A stretch of 64,000 bases of DNA from a virus: the IMG/VR virus record IMGVR_UViG_3300047673_000158, positions 19,412 through 83,411 of that record. One strand, written 5' to 3'. Position 1 is the stretch's first letter. Each line of letters opens with the position of its first letter. The translations under genes were made by a program, and so were the position numbers. The notes beneath the pieces were generated by a model that was not told the DNA's origin, made no database searches, and saw only the letters and a program-made list of their open reading frames with translations. Shown here in pieces: positions 17,390 through 26,438 of the stretch.

Positions 17390-17931
17390 TCCAGATTTCT
17401 GGCGTTAAAGCCGCCATCGTGGCTGCGATCCAGGCGACATTCCCCGATTTTAAAGCGGTGGTATTTGACCGCGAGGAAACCGACCGCGAGGCGCTGGAAG
17501 CCGACGAACTGCCGGGCATCCTGCTGGACATTACCGAATTCGAAGAGGAACCCGATTGCGACCGCTCAAACGGGCTTGTCCCGATGCGTGGCCGCTTCGA
17601 AGCGCGCGTGGTGGTCGGATTCAAGACGACGCAGGCGAAGACCGCAGCGCAGGCCGCAGCCATGACCCTGGCCGCATGGCTGCGCCTGAAACGGTTCAAT
17701 TCAGATTCGTGCTGGACTGAAGCGGCGCACGTGATTGGCGCATATCGCGACGAGTTCCACCCGATGGCCGACCGCTATGTGGTGTGGCGTGTCGAGTGGG
17801 CGCAGGTAATCCAGTTCGGCACGGACATTTACGCAGAAGGCGACCTGCCGACGCCGAACCCGTCTTACAGCTTTGCGCCGGATATTGGCACGGGCCACGA
17901 AGCTGATTACACGCCGCTGGTGCCGCAATGA
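17365..17931 (+). CDS. Tail terminator/completion protein
   Basis: Acidic; VVWRVEW; synteny. Confidence 0.65.
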   Translation: MATATLPIVQISGVKAAIVAAIQATFPDFKAVVFDREETDREALEADELPGILLDITEFEEEPDCDRSNGLVPMRGRFEARVVVGFKTTQAKTAAQAAAMTLAAWLRLKRFNSDSCWTEAAHVIGAYRDEFHPMADRYVVWRVEWAQVIQFGTDIYAEGDLPTPNPSYSFAPDIGTGHEADYTPLVPQ

Positions 17932-18599
17932 GCGCCCAGGACATTGGCGAACTGCAACGGCAGATTTCGCAGCTAATCCGCATTGGCACGGTGGTATCCG
18001 TTACCGGCGACATGGCCACGGTGGAAATTGGCGGGGTGGAGTCGGACCCGATGCAGTGGGCGGTGCAGCGCGCCGGGCCAGATGCCGAATGGTGGGCGCC
18101 GGAACCGGGCGAACAGGTGGTGATCCTGACGCCTTACGGCGACGTGGCGCAGGCCATCATTCTGTTTTCGCTGTATCAGGACCTGTACGCGGCGCCCGCG
18201 AACGATCCGAACGTGCATCGGGTTTCGTACAAAGACGGAACCGTGATCCAGCACGACCGCAGCGCGAAGGCTTACAGCGTCAACGTGCCTGCTGGCGGCA
18301 GCATTTCGCTGACCGTGGGCAGCACGTCGCTGGTTCTGGTGGACGGCAAGGCGACGCTTACCGCGCAGCAGTTCGAACACGTAGGCGAACAGGCGACATT
18401 CGACGGCGCGGCCACCATCAAAAAGCTGCTGTCGTGGCTGTCCGGGGTATCCGGTGCGGCTGGCGCGAGCGGCGGAACGAACGCGATTAACGGCGGCGTA
18501 AATGTCGTCAATGGCGACGTGGTGGTGGATGGCATCGGAGTTAAGTCTCACCACCACAACGAACACGACGGCCCGCCGACAAGCGACGCGCAAGCCTAA
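17928..18599 (+). CDS. Baseplate spike (P2 gpV-like)
   Basis: LIRIGTV, RAG..WWAPEPGEQV, C-terminal HxH. Confidence 0.9.
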   Translation: MSAQDIGELQRQISQLIRIGTVVSVTGDMATVEIGGVESDPMQWAVQRAGPDAEWWAPEPGEQVVILTPYGDVAQAIILFSLYQDLYAAPANDPNVHRVSYKDGTVIQHDRSAKAYSVNVPAGGSISLTVGSTSLVLVDGKATLTAQQFEHVGEQATFDGAATIKKLLSWLSGVSGAAGASGGTNAINGGVNVVNGDVVVDGIGVKSHHHNEHDGPPTSDAQA

Positions 18600-18637
18600 A
18601 CCCCGCCGTGGAACGGGACACTGGCCACGGCCAGAAT
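18598..18637 (+). promoter_or_regulatory. Late promoter motif before the baseplate wedge gene
   Basis: AAACCCCGCCGTGG-N20-CAGAAT. Confidence 0.65.
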
Positions 18638-18644
18638 CCCGTTC

Positions 18645-18983
18645 ATGAACGGAACCGACGCGACCACTGGAAAGCCGCTTTCAGGCGTTGAACACCTGCG
18701 GCAATCCATAACCGACATTCTCACGACGCCAATAGGCAGCCGTGTGATGCGTCGCGACTACGGCAGCAAGCTGTTCAGCCTGGTTGATGCCCCAATGAAT
18801 CTTTACACCGTGTCGCGCGTCTATGCCGCCACGGCGGCCGCGATTCGCAAGTGGGAGCCGCGCTTTAAGGTTACTCGCGTAAGCCTTTCCAGCGCCGAAC
18901 CGGGCGCAATCGCGCTGGACATTTCCGGCAATTACCTGCCTGACGGGCAGCCCGTAAAAATCGACGGCATAAAGGTTTCGTAA
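18645..18983 (+). CDS. Baseplate wedge protein (P2 gpW/gp25-like)
   Basis: HLRQSITDILTTPIGSRVMRRDYGS, WEPR. Confidence 0.93.
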   Translation: MNGTDATTGKPLSGVEHLRQSITDILTTPIGSRVMRRDYGSKLFSLVDAPMNLYTVSRVYAATAAAIRKWEPRFKVTRVSLSSAEPGAIALDISGNYLPDGQPVKIDGIKVS

Positions 18984-19906
18984 TGTCCAACGCCTACACA
19001 GCGGTGGACCTGTCCACACTCGCCCCGCCGCAGGTTATCGAAGCACTGGATTTCGATACGATTTTCGCGGACATGCTGGCCGATCTGATCGCGCGCAGCG
19101 CTAACGACCCATACCCGTTTACCGCGCTTGTCGAGTCGGACCCGGCTTACAAGGCATTGCAGGTTTGCGCCTATCGCGAAGTGCTGCTACGCCAGCGCAT
19201 CAACGAAGCCGCCCAAGCGCTAATGCTCGCGTATGCGCAGAAAAGCGACCTGGACCAAATCGGCGCCGGGCTGGACGTGCCGCGCCTTGTCATTACGCCC
19301 GCCGACGATACTACGGTGCCGCCCACGGCTGCCGTAATGGAAAGCGACGCCGCATATAAAGCCCGCATCCAGCAGTCTTTCGAAGGCTTCAGCAGCGCCG
19401 GGCCGGTGGGCGCCTATCAGTTTTACGCGCTGTCGGCGGATGGCCAGGTGCGCGACGTAAGCGTTACGTCGCCAACGCCTGGGACCGTGCTGGTAACGAT
19501 CCTGTCCGCGAATGGCGACGGCGGCGCAGACAGCGACCCGGACGGCACGCTACTGGCGGCCGTCACTGCCGCACTGACGGCGGAAAACGTGCGCCCGCTG
19601 TGCGACACGGTACAGGTGCAGTTCGCGCAAATCCTGCCCTACACGGTGAACGCCACGCTTGAGATTTACGCGAGCGTGGACCAGGCGGCCGTGCTTGCCA
19701 TGGCAAACGCAACGATTGCGGAATACACGCTGGCCTGCTGGAAATGCGGCGCCGCGCCGACGTTGGCGGGCGTGTATGCGGCGCTGTTTGTTACGGGCGT
19801 TCAGAACGTGATTCTTCACGCGCCGGGCATCCAGGCCGACATGGTGGCCACGAAGACGCAGGCGGCGTTTTGTACGGGAATCACCATTAACGGGGTGGTG
19901 GCGTGA
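18983..19906 (+). CDS. Baseplate J-like protein
   Basis: DLSTLAPP, ESDP, AGPVGAY, VRPLCD. Confidence 0.93.
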   Translation: MSNAYTAVDLSTLAPPQVIEALDFDTIFADMLADLIARSANDPYPFTALVESDPAYKALQVCAYREVLLRQRINEAAQALMLAYAQKSDLDQIGAGLDVPRLVITPADDTTVPPTAAVMESDAAYKARIQQSFEGFSSAGPVGAYQFYALSADGQVRDVSVTSPTPGTVLVTILSANGDGGADSDPDGTLLAAVTAALTAENVRPLCDTVQVQFAQILPYTVNATLEIYASVDQAAVLAMANATIAEYTLACWKCGAAPTLAGVYAALFVTGVQNVILHAPGIQADMVATKTQAAFCTGITINGVVA

Positions 19907-20490
19907 CGGACGCGGTGCAGGAAGACAGCCTGCTGCCCGTCAACGCGACACAGGCAGAGCGGAACCTGGCGCTGGCCGCTTCGCGCGTAAGCGCCGTTCC
20001 GGTGCCCATGCGTTCGCTTTATAACCCGGCAACGTGCCCGGCCGTTGCGCTGCCATGGCTCGCGTGGGCGTGGTCGGTTAGCGAGTGGGATAGCAACTGG
20101 CCCGAAGCCACGAAACGCGCCGTGATCGCGGCCAGTGTGGCAGTCCACAAAATCAAAGGCACGCCAGCATCCATAAAGGCAGCGCTAGCCGCTGCTGGCT
20201 ATCCGGGCGCTGAAGTAATCGAGGGCGCAGGTAGCTGGTATCTGGACGGCTCGCGAATGCTCAATGGCGCCGACTTCCTGGGCGACAGCGACGGCACGAA
20301 GTGGGCCTGGTATCGCGTGCGGCTTGCCCAGCCGATTGCAAACAGTCAGGTGGCGCAGGTGAAACGGATTCTGGCTAACACCGCGCCAGCGCGCTGCTAC
20401 CTGGAAGCGCTGGATTTCACCGCCGCCGCATTCATTCTGGACGGCAGCGTAAAGCTGGACGGGACATATAACCTTGGAACAGTGATTTAA
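19903..20490 (+). CDS. Tail protein I (P2 gpI-like)
   Basis: SLLPVNAT, LPWLAWAWSV, HKIKGT. Confidence 0.92.
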   Translation: MTDAVQEDSLLPVNATQAERNLALAASRVSAVPVPMRSLYNPATCPAVALPWLAWAWSVSEWDSNWPEATKRAVIAASVAVHKIKGTPASIKAALAAAGYPGAEVIEGAGSWYLDGSRMLNGADFLGDSDGTKWAWYRVRLAQPIANSQVAQVKRILANTAPARCYLEALDFTAAAFILDGSVKLDGTYNLGTVI

Positions 20491-22415
20491 TGGCCAATCT
20501 TACAGAAAACGACGCATACGATTCTGGCGTATATCAGTGGGAAACCACCGATTCGGCGCTGGGTGGCCCGCTGGGGGTAATGAACAAGCCCCTGCTGTCG
20601 CTGGTGAACCGTTCGCGTTACCTGCTGAACCGGCTTCTGGACGGAGCGCTGGGCTTCATGGCCGACACGGGCGCGAAAAACGCCATTGCCACAACGCTGG
20701 CCCAGCCAATGCCGGGCCTGGTTGACGGGGTGAAAGTCACTTTCAGGACGAAAGTAACGAACGACGGCGCGGTAACGCTTGCGCTGACGAACGCGACAGG
20801 TGGCCCGACGCTGGCCACGCTTCCCGTGTACGGCAGCGACCAGGCGGCGCTTATCGGCGGCGAACTGCCAGCCGGTTCCGTCGTGAATGTGCGGCTGAAT
20901 ACGGCGCTGAATGCGGCCAACGGCGGCGCCTGGGTTATCGAGTCGATTTCTGGCGGCTATGCCAACATTCCGACCGCGCCCACGGGCGACATGACGAAGA
21001 AAGCCGCGAACATGGCGGCCATCTTTGCCGCGACGGACGGCTATCAGGTGGTGGACGTTTCGGGCAGCACGGACACGACGCTAACCCAGGCGCAGTATGG
21101 CGTGGCCATGCTGAAGCTAACCGGCGTGCTGGGCGCTTCGAAAAACCTGATTCTTCCGGCGCAGTCGGGCCAGTGGATTATCGACAACGAAGCCACGGGC
21201 AATTTCAACGTGACGGCGAAGGCTGCGGGCAGCAGCGGCAGCACGGTTATCCTGCCTGCCGGTTCGCCTGTGATCGTGTGCAGCGACGGCACCAACGTTA
21301 AGTTTGCGAGCGCTGGCGGCCAGTCCTACATGAAGGCTTACCCGTTCTCCGGGCTGGCCACGAACACGCTGACGATTACGGGCGGCTATACGCCCGGCGC
21401 AATCATTGTCGAGCGGAACGGCGCGCTTCAGGAACCCGGCACGGCCGCGAATCCTGACTACACGGCAACGGACGGCGCAACGATTGTATTTAACACGGCG
21501 CTGACTTCTGACGAGTACGTGACCGTGTACACGTTCGCCACGTTCAGCGTGGCCAACGCGGTGCAGAAATCCGGCGACACCATGGGCGGGCCGCTGGCGT
21601 TGTATGCGGGATCGACGGTAAGCACGCCTGCTGCGCTGGACAATAGCGCGGCCGTGGCCAATACCGCAGCAATGAATCGCGTGGGCGGCGTAGTTGGTTC
21701 GGTTCGGAATGGCCGCATGGTGGTTGGCGCTGTCAGTTCAACGGCAACCTATACCGCAGACGAAGTGGTGCTGGAAACCGCGCTGGGTGGTGCGCCGTTC
21801 CGCGCGTCGGCAGTCAACCAGGCAATCAACCTGGCAACGACGGGCGCAGGCGGCATTTCCGGTTCGCTGACGGCTTCTGGATTCGCGGCCACGTATCTGA
21901 TTTACGGGCCTGTCACTGGCCTGTCGAACATTACGATTGACGCCACCAGCACGGTTGCGCCTGAAGTGTGCCCGGCCGGGAACATTCCGAGCGGCTACAC
22001 GGCCAGCGCGCTGGTGAGCGTGTGGCCGCTGAACGCGAGCAAGCAATTTATTGTCGGCTCGCTGATTGATAGGACGGTTAATTTTGCGCAGACCACTGGC
22101 TATTCGGGTTCTGGCGCAATTTCCATTGTCGCTGCGCCAATCGCGTGCGTGCCGAAAAACGCCAAGTTCGGCAGTGGGTCGCTGTCCATTACGGTTACAA
22201 ACAGCGGAATTTCGACGTTCAATGCATTTACGCAAACGGCCGTTGGCGCTTCCACGGCGGTGGTTTCGATAAACACGCCGAATGCGGGCGGCGGCGGAAT
22301 GACAATCAATTTTTCGCGTCTTCCGTTCCTCACGCAGCAAACGTGGTATGTGGCGACGACACAAGGCGCGACCATTTCGAACGTTACCCTTTCACTTGTC
22401 GGCTACGAATTCTAA
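20490..22415 (+). CDS. Tail fibre protein
   Basis: MANLTE...GVYQWE N-terminus; Gly/Ala/Thr-rich; follows gpI. Confidence 0.85.
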   Translation: MANLTENDAYDSGVYQWETTDSALGGPLGVMNKPLLSLVNRSRYLLNRLLDGALGFMADTGAKNAIATTLAQPMPGLVDGVKVTFRTKVTNDGAVTLALTNATGGPTLATLPVYGSDQAALIGGELPAGSVVNVRLNTALNAANGGAWVIESISGGYANIPTAPTGDMTKKAANMAAIFAATDGYQVVDVSGSTDTTLTQAQYGVAMLKLTGVLGASKNLILPAQSGQWIIDNEATGNFNVTAKAAGSSGSTVILPAGSPVIVCSDGTNVKFASAGGQSYMKAYPFSGLATNTLTITGGYTPGAIIVERNGALQEPGTAANPDYTATDGATIVFNTALTSDEYVTVYTFATFSVANAVQKSGDTMGGPLALYAGSTVSTPAALDNSAAVANTAAMNRVGGVVGSVRNGRMVVGAVSSTATYTADEVVLETALGGAPFRASAVNQAINLATTGAGGISGSLTASGFAATYLIYGPVTGLSNITIDATSTVAPEVCPAGNIPSGYTASALVSVWPLNASKQFIVGSLIDRTVNFAQTTGYSGSGAISIVAAPIACVPKNAKFGSGSLSITVTNSGISTFNAFTQTAVGASTAVVSINTPNAGGGGMTINFSRLPFLTQQTWYVATTQGATISNVTLSLVGYEF

Positions 22416-22430
22416 AGGCGAACACACATC

Positions 22431-22955
22431 ATGAGTCTTGCGGCCAATCTGGCGAAACTTGGAAAGCTGCTGCTGGCGCAAGCCAGCGGCGTTATCAACG
22501 GCCCGACGCCGAACGCGGGCGACAACAGCCAGGCAGTGATTAACAGCGCCTGGTTCAAGGCCGAACAGGCGACGGAAACGGCGCAGGGTACGGCGAAGGT
22601 GGCCACGCAGGCAATCACGAACGCAGGCACGGACGACGCCACGATTGTGACGCCGAAAAAGCTGCGGGCGGGGTTTGCTATCAGCCTGGGCACCAATGGT
22701 TACATTACATTCCCCACTTGGCTGGGTGGCCTGATTATTCAGTGGGGGACAATTTCCGCGTCTACTGGTTGGGCGTGGACATATCCGATTGCGTTTCCGA
22801 CGCAGTGCGCGGGCGCATATGCGACGAACGGGGACACTGGAGCAACGTTTGTGGCGTTATATAGCGCTACAAAAACATCCGTATTCGGCAATCGCTGGAA
22901 TACTTCGGGGCAGGGCGCGAGCGGGTCAACCACAATTTTAGTTATCGGGTACTGA
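22431..22955 (+). CDS. Short tail-fibre-like protein (gp53-like C-terminal domain)
   Basis: GTDDATIVTPKKL, NGYITFP..GLIIQWG, YPIAFP. Confidence 0.8.
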   Translation: MSLAANLAKLGKLLLAQASGVINGPTPNAGDNSQAVINSAWFKAEQATETAQGTAKVATQAITNAGTDDATIVTPKKLRAGFAISLGTNGYITFPTWLGGLIIQWGTISASTGWAWTYPIAFPTQCAGAYATNGDTGATFVALYSATKTSVFGNRWNTSGQGASGSTTILVIGY

Positions 22956-22959
22956 GAAC

Positions 22960-23535
22960 ATGGGCCAAAAACGCGCGGCATATGACGACGCCGGAACAAT
23001 CACGGCGTTCTATGACGATTCAATCAGCCCCGCGCCGCAAGGCGTGGCCACTATTCCGCTAACGACCGACCAGTGGCAAGCGTGCCTGTCGAGCCAGGGC
23101 GGCTATATCGTGCAGAATGGCGCGCTGGTGAATGCGCCGACAGCCACGGCGGCCGAATTGCTGGCAGCCGCGAAAGCCGCCAAGGTGGCCGAACTGACGG
23201 CGGTATGCAGGGCGGCAATTCTCGCTGGCTTCATGTCCAGCGCGCTGGGCACGCCGTACAGTTATCCGGCGAAAGACACGGACCAGCAGAACCTTAACGC
23301 GTCCGTGGTGGCGTCGCTGCTGCCGGGCCTGGCTGACGATTGGGCGACGCCATTCTGGTGCGCCGACGCGCAGGGCGTGTGGGCATTCCGCATGCACACC
23401 GTGGCGCAAATCCAGCAGGTTGGCAAAGACGGCAAGGCCGCGATTGTGGCCGCCATGGTGAAAAACCAGGCGCTGGCCGACCAGGTGGCAGCCGCCACCA
23501 CCGTGGCCGACGTTGAAGCCATCGCCTGGGCCTGA
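22960..23535 (+). CDS. Tail fibre assembly chaperone (DUF4376-like)
   Basis: GFMSSALG..Y...TDQQNL, FWCAD, VEAIAW. Confidence 0.75.
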   Translation: MGQKRAAYDDAGTITAFYDDSISPAPQGVATIPLTTDQWQACLSSQGGYIVQNGALVNAPTATAAELLAAAKAAKVAELTAVCRAAILAGFMSSALGTPYSYPAKDTDQQNLNASVVASLLPGLADDWATPFWCADAQGVWAFRMHTVAQIQQVGKDGKAAIVAAMVKNQALADQVAAATTVADVEAIAWA

Positions 23536-23537
23536 CC

Positions 23538-23837
23538 ATGAAAGCGCGTGCAAAACTGGTTTTGCTGTGGGCCATGTGCGCCGCGTTTTCCGGCGTGCTG
23601 CTGCTGGCCATGCTAGTGCAGGCGCTTTTCGGTTCCGAAGCGCGAGCGCTGAATATGGCAATCGCCTATGACGAGTGCGCCAACGCGCTTTTCGGGGACG
23701 ACCCGAAGGTGACGATTTCGGAACGCACGGGCAATGCGCTGATCGCGGGCAAGCGCTGGGCGAAGTTGGCGGCGCCGTGCATTGATTTCATTTTCGGGCC
23801 TGGCCACTGCCTGGCGCGCGCCACCACACCACACTGA
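23538..23837 (+). CDS. Hypothetical membrane protein
   Basis: TM segment plus AYDECANALFG..TISER motif. Confidence 0.65.
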   Translation: MKARAKLVLLWAMCAAFSGVLLLAMLVQALFGSEARALNMAIAYDECANALFGDDPKVTISERTGNALIAGKRWAKLAAPCIDFIFGPGHCLARATTPH

Positions 23838-23862
23838 AAGCGACTTTCAAGCGGCAGCCATT

Positions 23863-23887
23863 GGCCACCTTCGGGTGGTCTTTTTTT
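23863..23887 (+). terminator. Intrinsic terminator
   Basis: GGCCACC-TTCG-GGTGGTC-TTTTTTT. Confidence 0.85.
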
Positions 23888-23891
23888 GCCC

Positions 23892-23932
23892 AAAACCCCG
23901 CCGTGGAACGGTTAGCCGCCCAGCGCGATGAT
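23892..23932 (+). promoter_or_regulatory. Late promoter motif for the sheath/tube operon
   Basis: AAAACCCCGCCGTGG-N20-GATGAT immediately after a terminator. Confidence 0.72.
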
Positions 23933-23961
23933 TGCGGCAATATTAAGGGGTGGCCCATTAC

Positions 23962-25413
23962 ATGAGCACAGACTTTCTCCACGGCGTAGAAGTCCTGGAA
24001 ATCAACGACGGTTCGCGGACCATTAGCATTGCGTCCAGTTCGGTTATTGGCATTATCGGCACCGCGCCGAATGCCGACCCGGCCGCATTCCCGCTTAACA
24101 CGCCCGTGCTGGTGGCTGGCTCGCGTGTGGAGGCGGCCAAGCTGGTGGCGCTGACGACTTCGGCGGATAACGGCACGCTGCCGGATGCAATCGACAGCAT
24201 TTTCGACCAGTCCAAGGCGGTTTTGATCGTGGTCCGCGTGGATGCCGACGAAGACCCGGCCGCGCAGCTTGCCAATCTGATTGGCGGCGTTGACGCGAAC
24301 GGCAATTACCTTGGCGTCCAGGCTTTCGTGGGCGCCGAACACGTGACGGGCTACAAGCCGCGCATTCTGCTGGCGCCGGGCTTCACGCACCAGCGCGTGG
24401 CCAACGGCGTTTCCACGCTGGCAATCAACAACGCGGGCGCTGGCTACACAGACGGCACTTACGCACTGACGGCCACGGGCGGCGGTGGCGGCACGGGCGC
24501 AGCGGCCACGGCAACGGTGGCAGGCGGCAAGGTTACGGCTGTTGCCATCGCGAAAAACGGCGGCGGATATACGGCCGTACCGACGTTCGCACTTCCCGCT
24601 GGCGCAGGCGCTGGCACGACCCAGGCCACCTTCACGGCGACCACGGGCACGGTGGCAAACGCGGTGGTGGCGGAAATGCTTGGCATTGCCGAATCGCTGC
24701 GCGCCGTGATTATCGCGGACGCGCCCAGCACGAACGACGTGGACGCCATCGCATACGCGGGCGATTTCGACAGCCGCCGCGTGTACCTGGTTGAACCCCA
24801 GGTGACGAAGACCGACAGCAGCGGCAACAACGTAACCGCCTTCACCAGCGCGCACACGGCTGGCCTGATTGCGAAGTCGGACAACGAACGCGGCTTCTGG
24901 TGGTCCCCGTCGAACCAGGCCATTAACGGCGTGACGGGCACCGCTCGCGTGATCGACTTCACCATGGGCGACACGACCTGTCGCGCCAATCTGCTGAACG
25001 CGAAAAACGTCAACGTCGTGATTCGCCAGAACGGTTATCGGCTGTGGGGCAATCGAACGCTGTCGAGCGATGCCAAATGGAAGTTCCTCTGCGTGGTCCG
25101 CACGTCGGACATTATCGCGGACAGCCTGATGGCGGCGCACCTGTGGGCGGTTGACCAGGGCATTACAAAAAACTACGTCAGCGACGTGGTGGAAGGCGTG
25201 AACGCGTTCCTGCGCAACCTGACGGCGCGCGGCGCGATCCTGGGCGGCCAGTGCTGGGCAGACCCGGACCTGAACACGCCGGATCAAATCGCGGCCGGTG
25301 CAATCGCGTTCGATTTCGATTTCACGCCGGTTTATCCGTCCGAGCGCGTGACGTTCCGCGAACACCTGGTGAATGACTATATCGCCAGCATTTTTTCGAC
25401 TAGCGCGAGCTAA
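23962..25413 (+). CDS. Tail sheath protein (P2 FI-like) with an inserted Gly/Thr-rich domain
   Basis: FLHGVEV, PRILLAPG, GFWWSPSN, RLWGNRT. Confidence 0.95.
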   Translation: MSTDFLHGVEVLEINDGSRTISIASSSVIGIIGTAPNADPAAFPLNTPVLVAGSRVEAAKLVALTTSADNGTLPDAIDSIFDQSKAVLIVVRVDADEDPAAQLANLIGGVDANGNYLGVQAFVGAEHVTGYKPRILLAPGFTHQRVANGVSTLAINNAGAGYTDGTYALTATGGGGGTGAAATATVAGGKVTAVAIAKNGGGYTAVPTFALPAGAGAGTTQATFTATTGTVANAVVAEMLGIAESLRAVIIADAPSTNDVDAIAYAGDFDSRRVYLVEPQVTKTDSSGNNVTAFTSAHTAGLIAKSDNERGFWWSPSNQAINGVTGTARVIDFTMGDTTCRANLLNAKNVNVVIRQNGYRLWGNRTLSSDAKWKFLCVVRTSDIIADSLMAAHLWAVDQGITKNYVSDVVEGVNAFLRNLTARGAILGGQCWADPDLNTPDQIAAGAIAFDFDFTPVYPSERVTFREHLVNDYIASIFSTSAS

Positions 25414-25418
25414 AGCCC

Positions 25419-25925
25419 ATGCCGATCCAGAATATCCGCAAGTATTTCAACGTCTTTTATAACGGGCTTGGAAAGGCTGGCAAGTGCGAGGAATTCAACC
25501 CGCCGAAGCTGGCCGCCAAGCTGGAAGACTTCCTGGGCGGCGGCATGTTCGCGCCCGCCGAAATCACGATGGGGCTAGAAAAGCTCGAATCGGATTTCAC
25601 GCTGAAGTCCTACGATAAAGACGTTATCGCAACTTTTGGCGTGACCGAAGGAACGGACATTACCGTGTCCCTTCGCGAAGTGCTGGAAGACGACGACGGC
25701 ACGCAAACCGGCGTGGTCCACACCCTGCGCGGCAAGGTGAAGGAAATCGACCAGGGTTCCGTGCAGACCGGCACGGCCGCCAAGCTGAAAACCACGCTTA
25801 CCCTGAAGTATTACAAGCTGGAACACGGCGGCACCACGGTGCTGGAAATCGACGTTGTGAACATGGTTTTCAAGCGCAACGGCGTGGACGCACTGGCCAA
25901 CGTGCGCAGCCTGCTGGGCATCTAA
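25419..25925 (+). CDS. Major tail tube protein (P2 FII-like)
   Basis: PPKL...GGM, YYKL...EIDVVNM. Confidence 0.93.
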   Translation: MPIQNIRKYFNVFYNGLGKAGKCEEFNPPKLAAKLEDFLGGGMFAPAEITMGLEKLESDFTLKSYDKDVIATFGVTEGTDITVSLREVLEDDDGTQTGVVHTLRGKVKEIDQGSVQTGTAAKLKTTLTLKYYKLEHGGTTVLEIDVVNMVFKRNGVDALANVRSLLGI

Positions 25926-25989
25926 AGACAGCGCAGGGCTGGTGCAACGCCAGCCCTGAAAGCGACTTTCATAAAAACAGGAATCATCC

Positions 25990-26295
25990 ATGGCAACCCG
26001 CAAGCAAACCGAAGAAAAGAAAACGCCCGAAGACTTCGTGGAATATATCGAAGGCTTCGCAGATATTACGCTGTCGCGCCCGCTGGACGTTGCAGGCGTT
26101 CCGGTGAAAAAACTCCGCATGCGCGAGCCGACCGTCCGAGACCAGCTTGTGTATGACAAGCTGAAGGGAAGCGACATTGAGCGCGAAGTAACCATTTTCG
26201 CCAATCTGTGCGAAATGGACGAAAAGCAGATGCAAAGCCTTTCCGTTCGCGACTACCGGCGCGTGTCGGCGGCCTATTCGGGTTTTCTGGACTAG
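25990..26295 (+). CDS. Tail assembly chaperone (P2 gpE-like)
   Basis: LRMREPTVRD; slippery G-GGT-TTT at 26280-26286. Confidence 0.85.
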   Translation: MATRKQTEEKKTPEDFVEYIEGFADITLSRPLDVAGVPVKKLRMREPTVRDQLVYDKLKGSDIEREVTIFANLCEMDEKQMQSLSVRDYRRVSAAYSGFLD

Positions 26296-26438
26296 CGCCC
26301 GCGCTTATCCGACGCGGTGCGCTTTCCCTGGCAAGCCACACTGGCTGGGGTGAATCGGAAATATTAGGCATGGCCGCTTCGCGGTTCCTGTGGTGGATCG
26401 ACGGTCTAAACGAACTGACAGCGAGCGATGGCGAATAA
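26280..26438 (+). CDS. -1 frameshift extension of the chaperone (gpE+E'-like)
   Basis: -1 frame reads LASHTGWGESEILGM..RFLWW, like P2 E'. Confidence 0.72.
   Translation, partial: GFSGLAPALIRRGALSLASHTGWGESEILGMAASRFLWWIDGLNELTASDGE

Noticed and set aside
20490-23535. Diversity-generating retroelement or invertible tail-fibre switch
   Set aside because: No reverse transcriptase, template repeat, invertase or inverted crossover sites seen
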